Assembly: GCA_016177615.1 (NCBI GenBank)
Contig: JACOUX010000012.1
Location: forward strand, 17,104 to 81,103
Length of the DNA: 64,000 nucleotides
Reading direction: 5' to 3'
Source of the DNA: Candidatus Woesearchaeota archaeon
GTDB taxonomy: Archaea > Nanobdellota > Nanobdellia > Woesearchaeales > GW2011-AR4
This document shows, piece by piece, positions 8,632 through 17,464 of this stretch (position 1 is the first letter of the stretch; every line of letters begins with the position of its first letter). Position numbers and translations under genes: made by a program. The notes beneath the pieces were generated by a model that had not been told where the DNA came from, searched no databases, and was given only the letters and a program-made list of their open reading frames with translations.

Positions 8632-8970
8632 TTAGCCATATAGAATTACGCCTTTTTCAATTATATTTTTCATAAAATCATCTTCCATCTCTAGCCTCTC
8701 ATTAACTTCTTGAGGAGTGTAAATCAAAGGTTCTAAAGCAAACATACTATTTTCTTCTCTAAGTATTTCGCGTATCTTAACTGCCCTGTCAATATGTTTT
8801 GCATTCGTTTTTTTGATAATTAGCAAATCTATGTCGCTATCTCTCTTCGGACTGCCATAAGCGTATGAGCCAAATAGGATTATTTTTTGGGGATTATATC
8901 TGTCTATAATCTTTTTAGTAATACTAACCAATGTTTTCTCTATGTTTTTCTTGCGCTTGTTGAATGTCAT
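8632..8970 (-). CDS. Pol-beta-superfamily minimal nucleotidyltransferase (MNT-type, antitoxin-like)
   Basis: Hallmark ILFGSYAYGSPKRDSDIDLLII (GS...DxD). The first 9 codons are identical to those of rpl15. Confidence 0.8.
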   Translation of the reverse strand: MTFNKRKKNIEKTLVSITKKIIDRYNPQKIILFGSYAYGSPKRDSDIDLLIIKKTNAKHIDRAVKIREILREENSMFALEPLIYTPQEVNERLEMEDDFMKNIIEKGVILYG

Positions 8971-8971
8971 T
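8943..8971 (-). repeat. Direct repeat copy 1 (start of the nucleotidyltransferase gene)
   Basis: A 28-29 nt perfect match to 8579-8607, 364 bp away. Confidence 0.9.
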
Positions 8972-9007
8972 ATTGCCCCTTCTCCTCATACATTCTGACT
9001 AAGAGTC

Positions 9008-9256
9008 CTAAATCATCCTTGGAAGTATTCTCCAATTCTCAAAAATCTGCCTTGTTGTTTCAATGTGATGCATGATAAATGGTGTGACATCATCAGCGGA
9101 TAATATCCCTTCCAAGTAATTTTTTAGATATTTGTATAGCCTGTCACCATGATTAGTTTTTGGTGGTTCAGGACTTTGAACAGCTGCATTCATCTCCCTA
9201 ACCAAGACTACAGCTACTTGTGATGGGTTTTTTCTTCTTGGACTCTTCTTTGCCAT
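9008..9256 (-). CDS. Hypothetical small protein embedded in the r-protein operon
   Basis: The ATG lies 1 nt after the L30 stop, on the same strand as the operon. I recognise no motif, and no HEPN Rx4-6H. Confidence 0.4.
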   Translation of the reverse strand: MAKKSPRRKNPSQVAVVLVREMNAAVQSPEPPKTNHGDRLYKYLKNYLEGILSADDVTPFIMHHIETTRQIFENWRILPRMI

Positions 9257-9257
9257 T

Positions 9258-9704
9258 CTAAACCATCCTCTTTATCAAATCATTTATCTTTTCTCCGCGA
9301 TAGCCCAAAGCGCCGCCTTGCTTGAAGCTGTGCTTTAAGCCTTTTCTTCCGAGCCCTTTTCTCGGTGCATTCAGCCTAAAGAACTTTTTTATTTTCTTGT
9401 TGTTTACGACCATAAAATCATTGCGTCTTATCTTCCCCTTTGAATCTGATTCAGTTCCTTTAAACTCCTCTCCCCTCTTGCTGACCAGCTCATTGAAAGT
9501 TTCATCATCCACCTCGCCCCATGTAATGTAGTCTTTGGCCTTGCTCAGCATTCCTTCATTTATGGGTGTTTTTGGAATAATGATGCAGTAATTGCTCTTG
9601 TAAAGCCTGAGTATATCCAAAGTTTTTGCTATTCCCGGCTTGATTCCGGTAACTCCCCTTATCCGGACAGCTGCAATCTTCCTATTCATTTCTGTATTGC
9701 TCAT
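9258..9704 (-). CDS. rpl30: Ribosomal protein L30 (uL30)
   Basis: AAVRIRGVTGIKPGIAKTLDILRLYKSNYCIIIP. ATGA overlap with the S5 stop. Confidence 0.92.
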   Translation of the reverse strand: MSNTEMNRKIAAVRIRGVTGIKPGIAKTLDILRLYKSNYCIIIPKTPINEGMLSKAKDYITWGEVDDETFNELVSKRGEEFKGTESDSKGKIRRNDFMVVNNKKIKKFFRLNAPRKGLGRKGLKHSFKQGGALGYRGEKINDLIKRMV

Positions 9705-10567
9705 CTTGCAACAGCACCTTCTACAATGCTCAATGTATGAGACGTCTTTTCATCAATCTTGAACTGGACAAGATTCTGCAGCGCATCAAAACAGGCATAA
9801 AGAACATTCAGCTTGCTTCTCGTCTGGCCTTCTGTTCTTGACCAGATGTCCTTGATGCCTGCCAGCTTCAGCATTTTCTGGCACTCTTTCTCTATTTTCA
9901 GGCCTGTGCCTTTTGGCGCAGGCATAAGCATGACTTCTACCGAGCCGGCTTTTCCCCTTACCTTGAAAGGAACTGTATGCGGGCTCCCGCATCCGCATCC
10001 CCAGTCGCCGCAGCCCCTTCTTATTTTTATGACATTAAGCTTTGCGTGCCTTATCGCCTTTTCCCTTGCCGGCACAGTCTCTCTTGACTTGCCGTAGCCT
10101 ATTCCAATGTACCCGTCTTCATTTCCAACAATCGCGAAAGTTGCAAAATTCGGCTTATTGCCCTCCTGTGTTTTTTTCTGGGTCTGCTTGAAAACCCTTT
10201 TCTGGCCGCCGCCGAATTTTCCCTTTGATTGGCCAATCATCAAAAGGTCAGTTACAAGATTCGGGAGCAAAGCATCAACAATTTCAGGCTCAAGCATCCT
10301 TATTCTTTTGTCAAGGGCAAAGTCTATGCTTGTGACATCTCCGCTTTTCACCTTGATGCCAAGCGATGTTTTCGGCTTCCATGCTTCCTTTTCGAAAAGG
10401 CCTTTTTGCTTTGCCTCCTCAACCATGACTTCTTCTATCTCTTTTATCTCGCCAAGCTCTGTCGCTAGGCCCTCTGCAGGCTTCTCAACAATTGGGGCAT
10501 CTCCCTGCACCTCTTTGGCTTCTTTCTTTTCAACTTCTGCCTTTATTGGAGTTTTTTTCTTAGCCAT
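9701..10567 (-). CDS. rps5: Ribosomal protein S5 (uS5) with an acidic/basic N-terminal extension
   Basis: FATFAIVGNEDGYIGIGYGKSRETVPAREKAIRHAKLN...GTGLKIEKECQKMLKLAGIKDIW. Confidence 0.93.
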   Translation of the reverse strand: MAKKKTPIKAEVEKKEAKEVQGDAPIVEKPAEGLATELGEIKEIEEVMVEEAKQKGLFEKEAWKPKTSLGIKVKSGDVTSIDFALDKRIRMLEPEIVDALLPNLVTDLLMIGQSKGKFGGGQKRVFKQTQKKTQEGNKPNFATFAIVGNEDGYIGIGYGKSRETVPAREKAIRHAKLNVIKIRRGCGDWGCGCGSPHTVPFKVRGKAGSVEVMLMPAPKGTGLKIEKECQKMLKLAGIKDIWSRTEGQTRSKLNVLYACFDALQNLVQFKIDEKTSHTLSIVEGAVAR

Positions 10568-11138
10568 TTATTCTAACCTTTACCTCATTGAAATGTTTTA
10601 TAATATCCTCTGGATTAAATCCGTTTTTCAGGTAAGCTGAAAATTGCCTTTCATATTTTTGCCTGTCTTCCTTAAGCATGCTGGCATATTTTGCAATATG
10701 CGCACCTTCTATTCTCTCTTTTGGCGGCAATATCTCCGCATTTACCGGAATCTTGAGCCCTGCGTCAATTGCACCTGCAATTGCCGCGTAAATCCTTGAT
10801 CCTTTAGTGGACTTGTTGAATCCAATGTCCAGTATCGCAGACTTGATTCCCTTTTCCAGCGCCTTTTTTCCAGCAGCAAATCCTGCCAGGTAGGCGCTTG
10901 CCATATTTCCGCTGCCGCCTTTCCAGCCGAATTTTCCCAGCATCTGGGAGTTCGCCGTTATGATCACTTTATCCCCAGTGGGAAAATATTCTACTATTGA
11001 AGCCCGCAGATTCCTTAATGATTTTCTGACAACGAACCTGTGCCTGCTTGTCTGAAGAAGCCTTATCCTTCTCTTGTAATAAGTTCTTCCTTCCCTTTTT
11101 CTTCTGAAAGGAACAGTAAAAATGTTATTTCTCAGCAT
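10560..11138 (-). CDS. rpl18: Ribosomal protein L18 (uL18)
   Basis: RRKREGRTYYKRRIRLL...SLRNLRASIVEY...ASAYLAGFAAGKKA. Confidence 0.92.
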   Translation of the reverse strand: MLRNNIFTVPFRRKREGRTYYKRRIRLLQTSRHRFVVRKSLRNLRASIVEYFPTGDKVIITANSQMLGKFGWKGGSGNMASAYLAGFAAGKKALEKGIKSAILDIGFNKSTKGSRIYAAIAGAIDAGLKIPVNAEILPPKERIEGAHIAKYASMLKEDRQKYERQFSAYLKNGFNPEDIIKHFNEVKVRING

Positions 11139-11577
11139 TGGTCATTGCCCTCTCTCTTGTGTAAAGCTTCAGGTGCCTTAGGCTTCTGAAAAAGCCCCCT
11201 TTGCTCTTCATGTAAAGCTCATGGTATGATGAAGCAGGTATGCTTTTTTTGTCCCTAAGCATCTTTAAATAGCTTCTTTGAAGCCTTATTTTGTTTATCC
11301 ACTTCCTTTTTTGGGGCGTTCTTGCAGTTTTCTTTCCTTTTCTTGATCCGAAACCTTTCTGCCTTCCAAGAACTTTCTGCCTTTTCCTATTCCTTGCCCA
11401 GAATCGCGACGCGCTTGCCGGAATTCCTTTTGAGATTGCGCCTTCTCCAATCAAAGCCTTGATATCCTTTTTTGTTATGGCTTCCTTTATTTCTGTAAGT
11501 CTATAGGGATCAAATCTTACCGCATTTCTGCCGCATTTTAGTATCTGCGCTGCCAATCTCTTCTGAACTTTCATCAC
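11125..11577 (-). CDS. rpl19e: Ribosomal protein L19e (eL19)
   Basis: KVQKRLAAQILKCGRNAVRFDP...SRKGKKTARTPQKRKWINKIRLQR. Confidence 0.93.
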   Translation of the reverse strand: MMKVQKRLAAQILKCGRNAVRFDPYRLTEIKEAITKKDIKALIGEGAISKGIPASASRFWARNRKRQKVLGRQKGFGSRKGKKTARTPQKRKWINKIRLQRSYLKMLRDKKSIPASSYHELYMKSKGGFFRSLRHLKLYTRERAMTNAEK

Positions 11578-12125
11578 TGCACCTTCTTGGTAAGCAGCTT
11601 GTCTTTTTCCTTCTTTTCTGCTTCTTTTTTCTGCTCGTCGGTAAGCTCTTTCTTCTCATCCTTGGATTTTTGCCCTTCGGGCTTATCTTTGGTCTTTTCA
11701 GCATTCTTTTTTGAGCTTACAAAATCCTCTATCTTTTTGAGCTGCTCATCAATATTAATATTAAGGACAGTGATGCCGAGCTCTTTGGCCTTCTTCAGGA
11801 TTTCAAGCCTCTTCCTGGTTCCTACGGCTCCTGCAATTATTATCCCTTCATTTTCCCTTTTTATTTTTCCGATTTCCCTAACCGAGAAAACAATTGTTAT
11901 CTTAAGGCCTGATGAATGAAGCCCCCTTGCCTTTGCCGGAGACTTGTATCCCGGAGACGGCAGCTTCATTCTTCCCTTAAAATGATGCCTCATCTTTGAA
12001 TGTATTCCCTTGGGCTTTTTATATTTCCATGGCAGCCTTTTTCTTCTATAGATGTCCTGCCTGACGAAGTCCGGCTTTTTATCCTTGATTTGGCTCCTCA
12101 ACTCCAGCAATTGGTTTTGTTCCAT
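11574..12125 (-). CDS. rpl32e: Ribosomal protein L32e (eL32) with a K/E-rich C-terminal tail
   Basis: KPDFVRQDIYRRKRLPWKYKKPKGIHSKMRHHFKGR core, followed by a ~50-aa charged tail. Confidence 0.9.
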   Translation of the reverse strand: MEQNQLLELRSQIKDKKPDFVRQDIYRRKRLPWKYKKPKGIHSKMRHHFKGRMKLPSPGYKSPAKARGLHSSGLKITIVFSVREIGKIKRENEGIIIAGAVGTRKRLEILKKAKELGITVLNINIDEQLKKIEDFVSSKKNAEKTKDKPEGQKSKDEKKELTDEQKKEAEKKEKDKLLTKKVQ

Positions 12126-12692
12126 TTATTTTAGCTCCTTGCCAGCTTTCATGATTATGTAGCAGCCATCTTGAAAAACGCGAGTATCATACCCTGGTCT
12201 TCTTGTGAGCTGCTCTATATCTGCACTTACTTGGCCTGCTAGCTCTTTGTTTGCGCTAGTTACGTGTATCAGCTCCCCCTCGACTTTTATGCTCGCTCCG
12301 CGCTTCAGCTCCAAAGTTCTTGGCACTTTCTCTCCAAGAAAATTTTTCACGACAAGCCTATTGTCGCTCAGGCTCACACTCATTGGAAAATGGCCCGAGC
12401 AGATTTTTAGTGTATAGACGTGGCTTTCCATGCATCCATTTATCATGTTGCTTATGCAGGCAGCCAGACTTCCAAGTATTTTCTTGTCTCTTTTTGTGCC
12501 TCTCGCAGTTGAAATAATTATTTTTTTATCACTTATTCTGACTGATGCATTACGCTTGTTTATCAGCTTGGCGACTTCTCCTTTAGGCCCCTTGATTGAT
12601 AAAAGATTGTCATTTATAGTTACTGCTATCTCATTTGGCAGCCCAATTTCTTTTGCCAATTCTGCAGCTTTTCCCGGCTTTTTCTTTACCAT
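12126..12692 (-). CDS. rpl6: Ribosomal protein L6 (uL6)
   Basis: Two-domain uL6 pattern. I prefer the ATG at 12692 (MVKKKPGK), which has AGGAG ~8 nt upstream and lies 11 nt after the S8 stop. The track start is 12713. Confidence 0.9.
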   Translation of the reverse strand: MVKKKPGKAAELAKEIGLPNEIAVTINDNLLSIKGPKGEVAKLINKRNASVRISDKKIIISTARGTKRDKKILGSLAACISNMINGCMESHVYTLKICSGHFPMSVSLSDNRLVVKNFLGEKVPRTLELKRGASIKVEGELIHVTSANKELAGQVSADIEQLTRRPGYDTRVFQDGCYIIMKAGKELK

Positions 12693-12703
12693 CTTAATAG
12701 CTC

Positions 12704-13093
12704 CTAATAGCAATAGGCTAAAAGCCTGCCTCCAAGCTTTTTTGACTTGGCTTCCTGGTGCGTCATGATTCCTTTTGGAGTTGAAACCAGCAAAATTCCG
12801 AGATCTTTGGCAGGAAGGTATCTTCTTTCAAATTTTTCAAACTCTCGGTTCTTCACGCTGTATCTTGGTTTCACAACGCCGCACTTGTTGATGTTTCCTA
12901 TCAAAGTCAGGTTGATGTAGTTGCCCCTGCTGTCCTCCACTTCCTTGAAATCGCCGACATAGTTATTTTCCTTCATGACTTTAAGCAGCTGCTTGGTTAT
13001 TCTCGAGACTGGCTTTATCAGGCAGGCAGGTCTGCCAATCCTCTCATTATTGAGCATGAGGGACATCATGTTGGCTAATGGGTCATTCAGCAT
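12704..13093 (-). CDS. rps8: Ribosomal protein S8 (uS8)
   Basis: MLNDPLANMMSLMLNNERIG...GILLVSTPKGIMTHQEAKSKKLGGRLLAYCY. Confidence 0.94.
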   Translation of the reverse strand: MLNDPLANMMSLMLNNERIGRPACLIKPVSRITKQLLKVMKENNYVGDFKEVEDSRGNYINLTLIGNINKCGVVKPRYSVKNREFEKFERRYLPAKDLGILLVSTPKGIMTHQEAKSKKLGGRLLAYCY

Positions 13094-13102
13094 TTTCTCA
13101 CC

Positions 13103-13333
13103 TTAACTGTATTTCTTGAATCCAAGGCTTATGGCTATCTCCCTAAAGCAAGTCCTGCACAAGTCAAGATTGTATTTTCCGATATGGCCGCCTGGCCTGC
13201 CGCATCTTTTGCATTTTTTTGTGAATCTTCCGTACTTCCTCGGCTTTGGCGCATTATTCTTTATGTATTTCTGCAGCTTTGGCGGCTTCGCCTTAAGCTG
13301 CTTGAAAACTTTCCTGTAGTCGCTGTATGTCAT
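13103..13333 (-). CDS. rps14: Ribosomal protein S14 (uS14), zinc-ribbon type
   Basis: [25 protein letters not shown] with an N-terminal basic extension. Confidence 0.9.
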   Translation of the reverse strand: MTYSDYRKVFKQLKAKPPKLQKYIKNNAPKPRKYGRFTKKCKRCGRPGGHIGKYNLDLCRTCFREIAISLGFKKYS

Positions 13334-13846
13334 TTATTCAGCACCAACTTTCACGTTGAATTCTTTTGAGATAAACTCTATTGCTTCCTGCTTTGATATT
13401 ACATGCCTTGCCGGTATTTTCCTGGACAGCAGCTTCCTTCTCTTTATCCTGTACCCTGGCCTTTCAAGGGTTACGCAGACTTCAAGGCCCATTACTCCTA
13501 TTTTGGGATCATATTTCACGCCTTGTATTCCTATATACTCATAAATTCCGAATGCAAAATTGCCATAGTTGTCAAACTGCCTTTCGTCTAGCTTGTAATC
13601 TACAGCGTCGAGCAGCCTTGGAAGTAGTTTCACTGCCCTATCTTTCCTCAAAGTCACCTTGCACCCAATTGGAAGCCCCGGCCTGAGGCCCCATTCCTGG
13701 ACTCTTTTGTTCGTTACTGTCTTGACTGGAGTCTCATTCGTTATCGTGTTTAGCAGTACAAGACCTTTCTCTAATTTGGACTGGTCCTTCCCTGCTCCAA
13801 TATTGAGGGTTACCTTCTCAACTCTTATGTTTTTCATCGGGTTCAT
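13334..13846 (-). CDS. rpl5: Ribosomal protein L5 (uL5)
   Basis: IRVEKVTLNIGAG...WGLRPGLPIGCKVTLR...FGIYEYIGI. ATGA overlap with the S4e stop. Confidence 0.94.
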   Translation of the reverse strand: MNPMKNIRVEKVTLNIGAGKDQSKLEKGLVLLNTITNETPVKTVTNKRVQEWGLRPGLPIGCKVTLRKDRAVKLLPRLLDAVDYKLDERQFDNYGNFAFGIYEYIGIQGVKYDPKIGVMGLEVCVTLERPGYRIKRRKLLSRKIPARHVISKQEAIEFISKEFNVKVGAE

Positions 13847-14535
13847 CTTGGCTTGATAGTGATTAATGGCTTGTTTTCACCTATTACAAATGCATGCTTC
13901 TTTGAGGTTTCTATAAGATTGCCTTTTTCGTCTTTGTAGACTATCTTATCGCTTCTTATATCCTCCACGCTTCCCATTTCCCCTACGTGCTTACCTCCTG
14001 TAAGGAAAACCAAAGATTTCTTTTCGAGTTTGAGGTGCTTGCTTATTTTGTTTCCTGGCAGATCCAAAAGCACTGTGTCTCCGGAATTGCACACATTCTT
14101 ATCGGCAATTATATTTTTTCCGTCATAAAGGTTCAGCTGAAGCTTGCCGTTTACCATGGTCTTTCCAATGACCTTGCATGGCTTTGTTGATGCCTCTTCT
14201 TTTGGTATTTTGGCAAGCTCTATCCTGCCGCCCCTGTTCAGCACAACCCTGTAATGCTCATTCAAGCTTGGAAACTCAATCGTATCAAATATTCCTATCG
14301 GAAACCTGAAGTTTTTTCTTTGCTTGCCGTCTACAATTATTTTATTCGCGCACATCAGCTTTTTTACTTCTTTTGTTGTTGCAGCATACTTTAAGGTGTC
14401 TTTGAGCAGGGCGCTTAGCGACAATCCCCTCTCCAGCGAGTGGGGGCCCGGCTTTGGCTTTGCCATGAATCTGAAATTTTTGCGCAATATTGGCCATGTC
14501 TTCGGCGCAGCCAGCCTTTTCAAGTGGGTTTTCAT
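13843..14535 (-). CDS. rps4e: Ribosomal protein S4e (eS4)
   Basis: MKTHLKRLAAPKTWPILRK... I prefer the ATG at 14535, directly after the L24 stop. The track start is 14550. Confidence 0.92.
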   Translation of the reverse strand: MKTHLKRLAAPKTWPILRKNFRFMAKPKPGPHSLERGLSLSALLKDTLKYAATTKEVKKLMCANKIIVDGKQRKNFRFPIGIFDTIEFPSLNEHYRVVLNRGGRIELAKIPKEEASTKPCKVIGKTMVNGKLQLNLYDGKNIIADKNVCNSGDTVLLDLPGNKISKHLKLEKKSLVFLTGGKHVGEMGSVEDIRSDKIVYKDEKGNLIETSKKHAFVIGENKPLITIKPR

Positions 14536-14536
14536 C

Positions 14537-14914
14537 TCATTTCCTCCCAAGGATGCCCTGCCTTAGCTTGTCGTCCATGTTCAATTCTAAAATCATCAGG
14601 TTCGAAGGGTGCAGCGGAACGTGCAGTTTAGAGCCGTCTTTTTTTGGCAACTCAACACCGCTGATGAATACCCTTAAGCTTTTCAGGTCTATATTTTCCA
14701 CTTTGCCTTCCTTTTTCCTGAATTTCCCGGCAATTATCATAACTTTATCGCCTTTCCTCAGGCCTATGCTCCTTTTGCCGTGTTTTTTCCTTAGCTCTTT
14801 TGAAAGGTGTGAATGTGCAAGCTTCTGCTTTATGTTGAGAGGTGATTTAAACCTGTATTTTCTTTGCTTCACGGGCTTCCTGCTGCTTTTCCAGTATTTT
14901 GAAAATTGTTTCAT
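14537..14914 (-). CDS. rpl24: Ribosomal protein L24 (uL24)
   Basis: KOW motif LRKGDKVMIIAGKFRKKEGKV. I prefer the ATG at 14914 (MKQFSKYW), 9 nt after the L14 stop. The track start 14971 would overlap L14 by 49 nt. Confidence 0.88.
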   Translation of the reverse strand: MKQFSKYWKSSRKPVKQRKYRFKSPLNIKQKLAHSHLSKELRKKHGKRSIGLRKGDKVMIIAGKFRKKEGKVENIDLKSLRVFISGVELPKKDGSKLHVPLHPSNLMILELNMDDKLRQGILGRK

Positions 14915-14922
14915 TTGATTGT

Positions 14923-15324
14923 CTAAACCACTACGCTGGCTATTTTTGCGATTCCGGGCCATCTTTCGCATGCTTCTTTTGCTATCGCGCCCTTGAATAT
15001 GGTGCCTTTTGGATTGCCCTTGTCGTCCTTTAAAACAACGGCAGAGTTGTCTTCAAACTTTATCCTTGTTCCATCTGGCCTTCTATATTCTTTCTTTTGC
15101 CTTACAATTATTGCATACACCACTTGTTTTCTCATATCGGGCCTTCCTCTTATGACAGACGCCTGGACCAAGTCAGCAACGCCGCAGCTTCCAATCCTTC
15201 CTTTTACCGTCTTGAGGCCTACTACAGTGAATACCTTGAGCACTTTTGCACCTGAATTGTCACAGGTCTCAATCTTGCATCCGACTGGAAGCCCTCTGGT
15301 TACTCTTGATTTTAGCGGCTGCAT
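14923..15324 (-). CDS. rpl14: Ribosomal protein L14 (uL14)
   Basis: LPVGCKIETCDNSGAKVLKVFTVVG...RRPDGTRIKFEDNSAVVL. Confidence 0.95.
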   Translation of the reverse strand: MQPLKSRVTRGLPVGCKIETCDNSGAKVLKVFTVVGLKTVKGRIGSCGVADLVQASVIRGRPDMRKQVVYAIIVRQKKEYRRPDGTRIKFEDNSAVVLKDDKGNPKGTIFKGAIAKEACERWPGIAKIASVVV

Positions 15325-15335
15325 TTTTATTCCAC

Positions 15336-15776
15336 TTACTCCGTTTCCCCTGTACTTATTTCCTCTTTAGGATGTACCTGCACCTTGGAAGCTTCCCTTG
15401 CCCCCATTCTTTCCTTGAATCCTTTTTCAAGGCCAACCTTTTTGACAATAACAAGGTTCTTTGTCTTGCTTAATGGCCTACACTCCATGGCCATGACAAT
15501 CTCGCCATCCTTGGCGCTGACGCAGTCAGGATTATGAGCCTTTAAATTAGTCCTTCTTTTTTCATACCTTTCATATTTTAGCAGGAAATGCAGCCTTTCA
15601 AACTCTATTACGGCTGTCCTTCTCATCTTTGTTGATATGACTACTCCAGTAAACTGTCTCCCCCTTACGCTCAATTTCCCGTGGAACGGGCAATTGCTGT
15701 CATGGCACTCCTGCCTTGGAGCCTCAACATTAACCCCTATGTTTCTTGCTTCTGTCACTTTCTTCTCGAGTTCCAA
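15336..15776 (-). CDS. rps17: Ribosomal protein S17 (uS17)
   Basis: CPFHGKLSVRGRQFTGVVISTKMRRTAVIE...ECRPLSKTKNLVIV. Confidence 0.93.
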   Translation of the reverse strand: MELEKKVTEARNIGVNVEAPRQECHDSNCPFHGKLSVRGRQFTGVVISTKMRRTAVIEFERLHFLLKYERYEKRRTNLKAHNPDCVSAKDGEIVMAMECRPLSKTKNLVIVKKVGLEKGFKERMGAREASKVQVHPKEEISTGETE

Positions 15777-15814
15777 AATACTTTATGCGATTGGCTCTGC
15801 AACATTCATGCAAA

Positions 15815-16123
15815 CTATTTCAATTCAATGCTGCCAGGCGCAAACCCGTAATCGACCAAAATTTTCTTTGTCCTCTGTTTGTGCTCACCCTGAAGCTCAA
15901 TCTTCCCGCCTTTTATCGTGCCGCCGCAGGCAAGCATGGACTTAAGCCTTTTTGCAAGGTCTTTAAGGTCGATTTCCTTGGAGTCGATGCCTTCAATAAT
16001 TGTATAGTTCTTGTTGAACTTCTTCCTCTCGATATACACCAGTATCTTCTGGCTCTCTTTGGCTATTGTCTCGCAAACGCACAGCTCTTTCACCAAGCCG
16101 CATACAGGGCATATTTCACTCAT
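15815..16123 (-). CDS. sui1: Translation initiation factor aIF1 / SUI1
   Basis: N-terminal CPVCG...CVC knuckle plus the SUI1 core (KILVYIERKKFNKNYTIIEGI...LKSMLACGGTIKGGKIELQG). Confidence 0.9.
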   Translation of the reverse strand: MSEICPVCGLVKELCVCETIAKESQKILVYIERKKFNKNYTIIEGIDSKEIDLKDLAKRLKSMLACGGTIKGGKIELQGEHKQRTKKILVDYGFAPGSIELK

Positions 16124-16128
16124 TCCTT

Positions 16129-16329
16129 TTATGTGCCTCCTTTTTGCTTTTCATTGCTGATTGTGATTATTCTTGCAATTGTGCGCTTTATCTCCCTTAC
16201 TTTCCCGGGGCTTTTAGGGGCTGTTCCAATGGCTATCTGTGAGTTGACCTTCATCAGCTCTTTCCTTAATTCCATTATCTTGTTTCCTAAATCAAGATCA
16301 TTCATTGCCCTAAGCTCTTTGGCCTTCAT
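16129..16329 (-). CDS. rpl29: Ribosomal protein L29 (uL29)
   Basis: MKAKELRAMNDLDLGNKIMELRKELMKVN. I prefer the internal ATG at 16329. The track start 16374 overlaps S3 by 65 nt. Confidence 0.88.
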   Translation of the reverse strand: MKAKELRAMNDLDLGNKIMELRKELMKVNSQIAIGTAPKSPGKVREIKRTIARIITISNEKQKGGT

Positions 16330-17029
16330 CTTTTTTCTTCCTCTTCCTCTTTGGTTTTTCTGAAGCTTTTCCATTATTCGCTCTGCTTTCGGCGCTTGGT
16401 TTGGATTCTTCTCTCTTCAATTCAGGCGAGTCCTTTCCGTCAACCAGCTCTATATCATCAGGCAGCCGAATGTCTGGCGGCATTATGCTTACCTTGACTC
16501 CAACGATGCCTGTTTTCAGCTGAGCCTGCAATCTGGCTCTTTTTACTCCCTCTGCCACATCTCCGCATTTCTTTAGATAGCCCTGGTAAAAGCGCCAAGA
16601 CTTGGCTCTTGCGCTCGGGACCTTTCCGCTGATTACAATCTCAATTCCCAAGGCTCCTGCCCTCATCACATCAGTCATTATTCTGTGACCTATTGCCTTG
16701 AATTTTTCTGAGCCAAATTTTTCGAGCGCGTCAACAATCTTCTCAGCGACAATATTTGCGTCAAGATTTGGAGTTTCCACTTCGCTTATCTCTATCTGGG
16801 GATTCTCAAGCTCAAACCTTTTCTTCAGGTTTCTTGTCAATTGCTTGATGTTCTGGCCTTTTCTTCCAACAATCAGCCCGGGCCTTGACGAGTATATAAC
16901 CACCTTCTCGCCAAGAGGAGTCTTGAGCATCTTTGTATGGCTATGGCCTACATTATCCAGGCTTTGCGTTATATATTCCTCTATCTGAAACTCTTTCATC
17001 TTTTGTGCGACGAACTTCCTCTCAATCAT
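16310..17029 (-). CDS. rps3: Ribosomal protein S3 (uS3) with a basic C-terminal tail
   Basis: KH domain GLIVGRKGQNIKQL. The C-terminus KPKRKRKKKDEGQRA forms an extension. Confidence 0.94.
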   Translation of the reverse strand: MIERKFVAQKMKEFQIEEYITQSLDNVGHSHTKMLKTPLGEKVVIYSSRPGLIVGRKGQNIKQLTRNLKKRFELENPQIEISEVETPNLDANIVAEKIVDALEKFGSEKFKAIGHRIMTDVMRAGALGIEIVISGKVPSARAKSWRFYQGYLKKCGDVAEGVKRARLQAQLKTGIVGVKVSIMPPDIRLPDDIELVDGKDSPELKREESKPSAESRANNGKASEKPKRKRKKKDEGQRA

Positions 17030-17463
17030 TTTTTATTTTCCTCGGCAATCAGCTCTATATTTGTCCTCTTCATCTTTCTTCTTGTCTTTCTCCCGTAATG
17101 CCATGCTTTTCCGCCTTTGTGCGCGCTTATGTGGGCTATGACAAGATTTGAGGTATTCAGCCCTTTGAACTGCGCATTTGCCTCTACAGATTCAAGAAGC
17201 TTGATGATGTAGCTTGACGCCTTTTCAGGATATCTTCCGGGACCGGTTTCCTTCTTATGGCCGAGGTCCCAGTTGTACCTCTTGAAGGGTATTGCAGTTT
17301 TTTTCTCGGAAACTCGCTGTAAAATTTTTTTTGCGTCGCTTATTTTCTTACTCTCTATAAAGCTGCATATCTCGACACTCTGCTTAAATGAGATCGGCAA
17401 TGCCATTCCGACTGCCCTTGCCATGTGCTCGCCATTGTATCCTTTGAAGGTGTAACCTTTCAT
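17026..17463 (-). CDS. rpl22: Ribosomal protein L22 (uL22)
   Basis: Position between S19 and S3. AHISAHKGGKAWHYGRKTRRKMKRTNIE. Confidence 0.92.
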   Translation of the reverse strand: MKGYTFKGYNGEHMARAVGMALPISFKQSVEICSFIESKKISDAKKILQRVSEKKTAIPFKRYNWDLGHKKETGPGRYPEKASSYIIKLLESVEANAQFKGLNTSNLVIAHISAHKGGKAWHYGRKTRRKMKRTNIELIAEENKK

Positions 17464-17464
17464 T

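Noticed and set aside
9008-9256. The 82-aa ORF as the HEPN toxin partner of the MNT gene.
   Set aside because: It has no R-x4-6-H motif and is too short for the HEPN/DUF86 families I know. It is left as hypothetical.
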